The position numbers and the translations under genes are program-made. The notes below the pieces were generated by a model. The model made no database searches. It saw nothing but the letters and a program-made list of their open reading frames with translations, and was not told where the DNA came from. A stretch of 63,226 bases of DNA, the filler included, from Bigelowiella natans CCMP2755 (taxonomy: Eukaryota > Protista > Cercozoa): NCBI GenBank assembly GCA_000320545.1. It is 6 parts of 6 records of this genome, joined end to end, with 100 filler letters (N's around TTAATTAATTAA, not from the genome) between each part and the next. Parts side by side here need not be neighbours in the genome. Positions count along the whole stretch, not along the records: positions 61,602 to 63,226 come from ADNK01001712.1; 5 more parts are not named here. One strand, 5' to 3'. Each line of letters begins with the position of its first letter. The stretch's first letter is position 1. Positions 62,371 to 63,226 of this stretch are shown piece after piece.

Positions 62371-63226
62371 AACCTTAGCATCGCCTCTTTAGCCGCAATA
62401 TGCCTGCCCTGCGTTTCAACGGCGTCCTCTAGCTGCTGCATGCGGCTTGTTACCTTCAAAAGAGGATGATCATCATCATCGTTGGGCGCCCATTTCAAAT
62501 ACGATGGGGGGGGGGGTTAGGGTTAGGGTTAGGGTTAGGGAGGGGGATATAATCCAAACCTGTCGGAGCGTAATCCGATGCCTCTCCTCCAAGTGCGCGT
62601 TCTTTGCCTCGAGCTCTTGCAGCAGCACCGAGTTGGCAGAAGTACTCACCTCGGCGCCACCCCCCCCCCCGTACGCACTGCTCATCGTCTTCTTCTTCTT
62701 TAGCGGAAAGGGCGACGGGGCGCCGCCGGCAGCAACAGCCAGGCCCGGCGAGTTGTTGGCTGGCAGAACGATGAACCCCTCCCCCTCCCCAGCTTCGCCT
62801 TCCCCGGGGGGGGGGGAGCCCTCCTCGGAATTGTCTTCGTTATCGCCATCCGGCGCTTTTCCTCCTTCCCCCCCCCCCCCCGGCGAAGCTTAATGAGGTT
62901 TCCTTTTGGAGGGGGACTACCAAGAAGAAGGGTCCGCGGCTGCTGTGGAACTAGGCCCGGGATCGTTTTTTGTCCTTCAGCATCTGTTTCATTCATTCTT
63001 TCTTCTTTTTAAGATTTTTCTCCTGGCCCCCTCCTTCTTCTTCGTGGGCTTCGCGAACGTCTTCTTCGTTTTCTCTTACAAAACTCGTGGAAGGATTGGA
63101 ATGGTGCCGGGGAAGGGATCTGAGGATAATGCTAATGAAGGAAGAACAAGAAGAGGATTACAAGAAGGGGGAAAGGGGGGCCTCCACGATTTGCCAGCTC
63201 ACCCGCCCGATCAAACGCATAGTCCA
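61602..63226 (-). CDS. Partial low-complexity/coiled-coil hypothetical protein
   Basis: GT-AG bounded exons LLQELEAKNAHLEERHRITLRQ, VTSRMQQLEDAVETQGRHIAAKEAML and TRALEKETSVVSYLRSSW. Confidence 0.45.
62517..62540 (+). repeat. Interstitial telomere-type repeat (TTAGGG)4
   Basis: Four perfect units after a G-run, inside a probable intron. Confidence 0.8.

Noticed and set aside
1-63226. CRISPR arrays, tRNA and rRNA genes
   Set aside because: No repeat-spacer periodicity, cloverleaf or rRNA signature recognised. tRNA-like 3' ends are only the two PBSs.

Overview
Eukaryotic nuclear DNA from a gene-dense protist with microsatellite-filled introns. N-terminal signal-like extensions and a TTAGGG tract would fit a secondary-plastid alga such as a chlorarachniophyte, but this is inference only. 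The window is six contigs joined by artificial N44-TTAATTAATTAA-N44 linkers, so adjacency across gaps is unproven. It holds about 18 spliced or partial host genes: PPR protein, cis-prenyltransferase, proteasome beta-3, PqaA/AprA-like, IAH1, UBA+OTU deubiquitinase, SPIRAL1-like, MDR quinone oxidoreductase, riboflavin synthase, MFS transporter, clathrin-repeat fragment, intronless eIF4A, Ariadne-like E3, EF-hand membrane protein and hypotheticals. There are also two distinct Ty3/Gypsy LTR retrotransposons. The most striking observation concerns the first element (CCCH-finger Gag, HFDD reverse transcriptase). Its 3' untranslated region contains two exact 23-nt boxes identical to the host DNA just upstream of its own 5' LTR, at the same distance from the LTR start. 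This suggests target-matching or guide-like segments, although an assembly consensus chimera must be excluded. Genes alternate strand throughout, and tail-to-tail spacers are CTAG/CATG-rich and locally TpA-depleted, suggesting a regional hypermutation process. All exon models were read by eye and gene ends are approximate.
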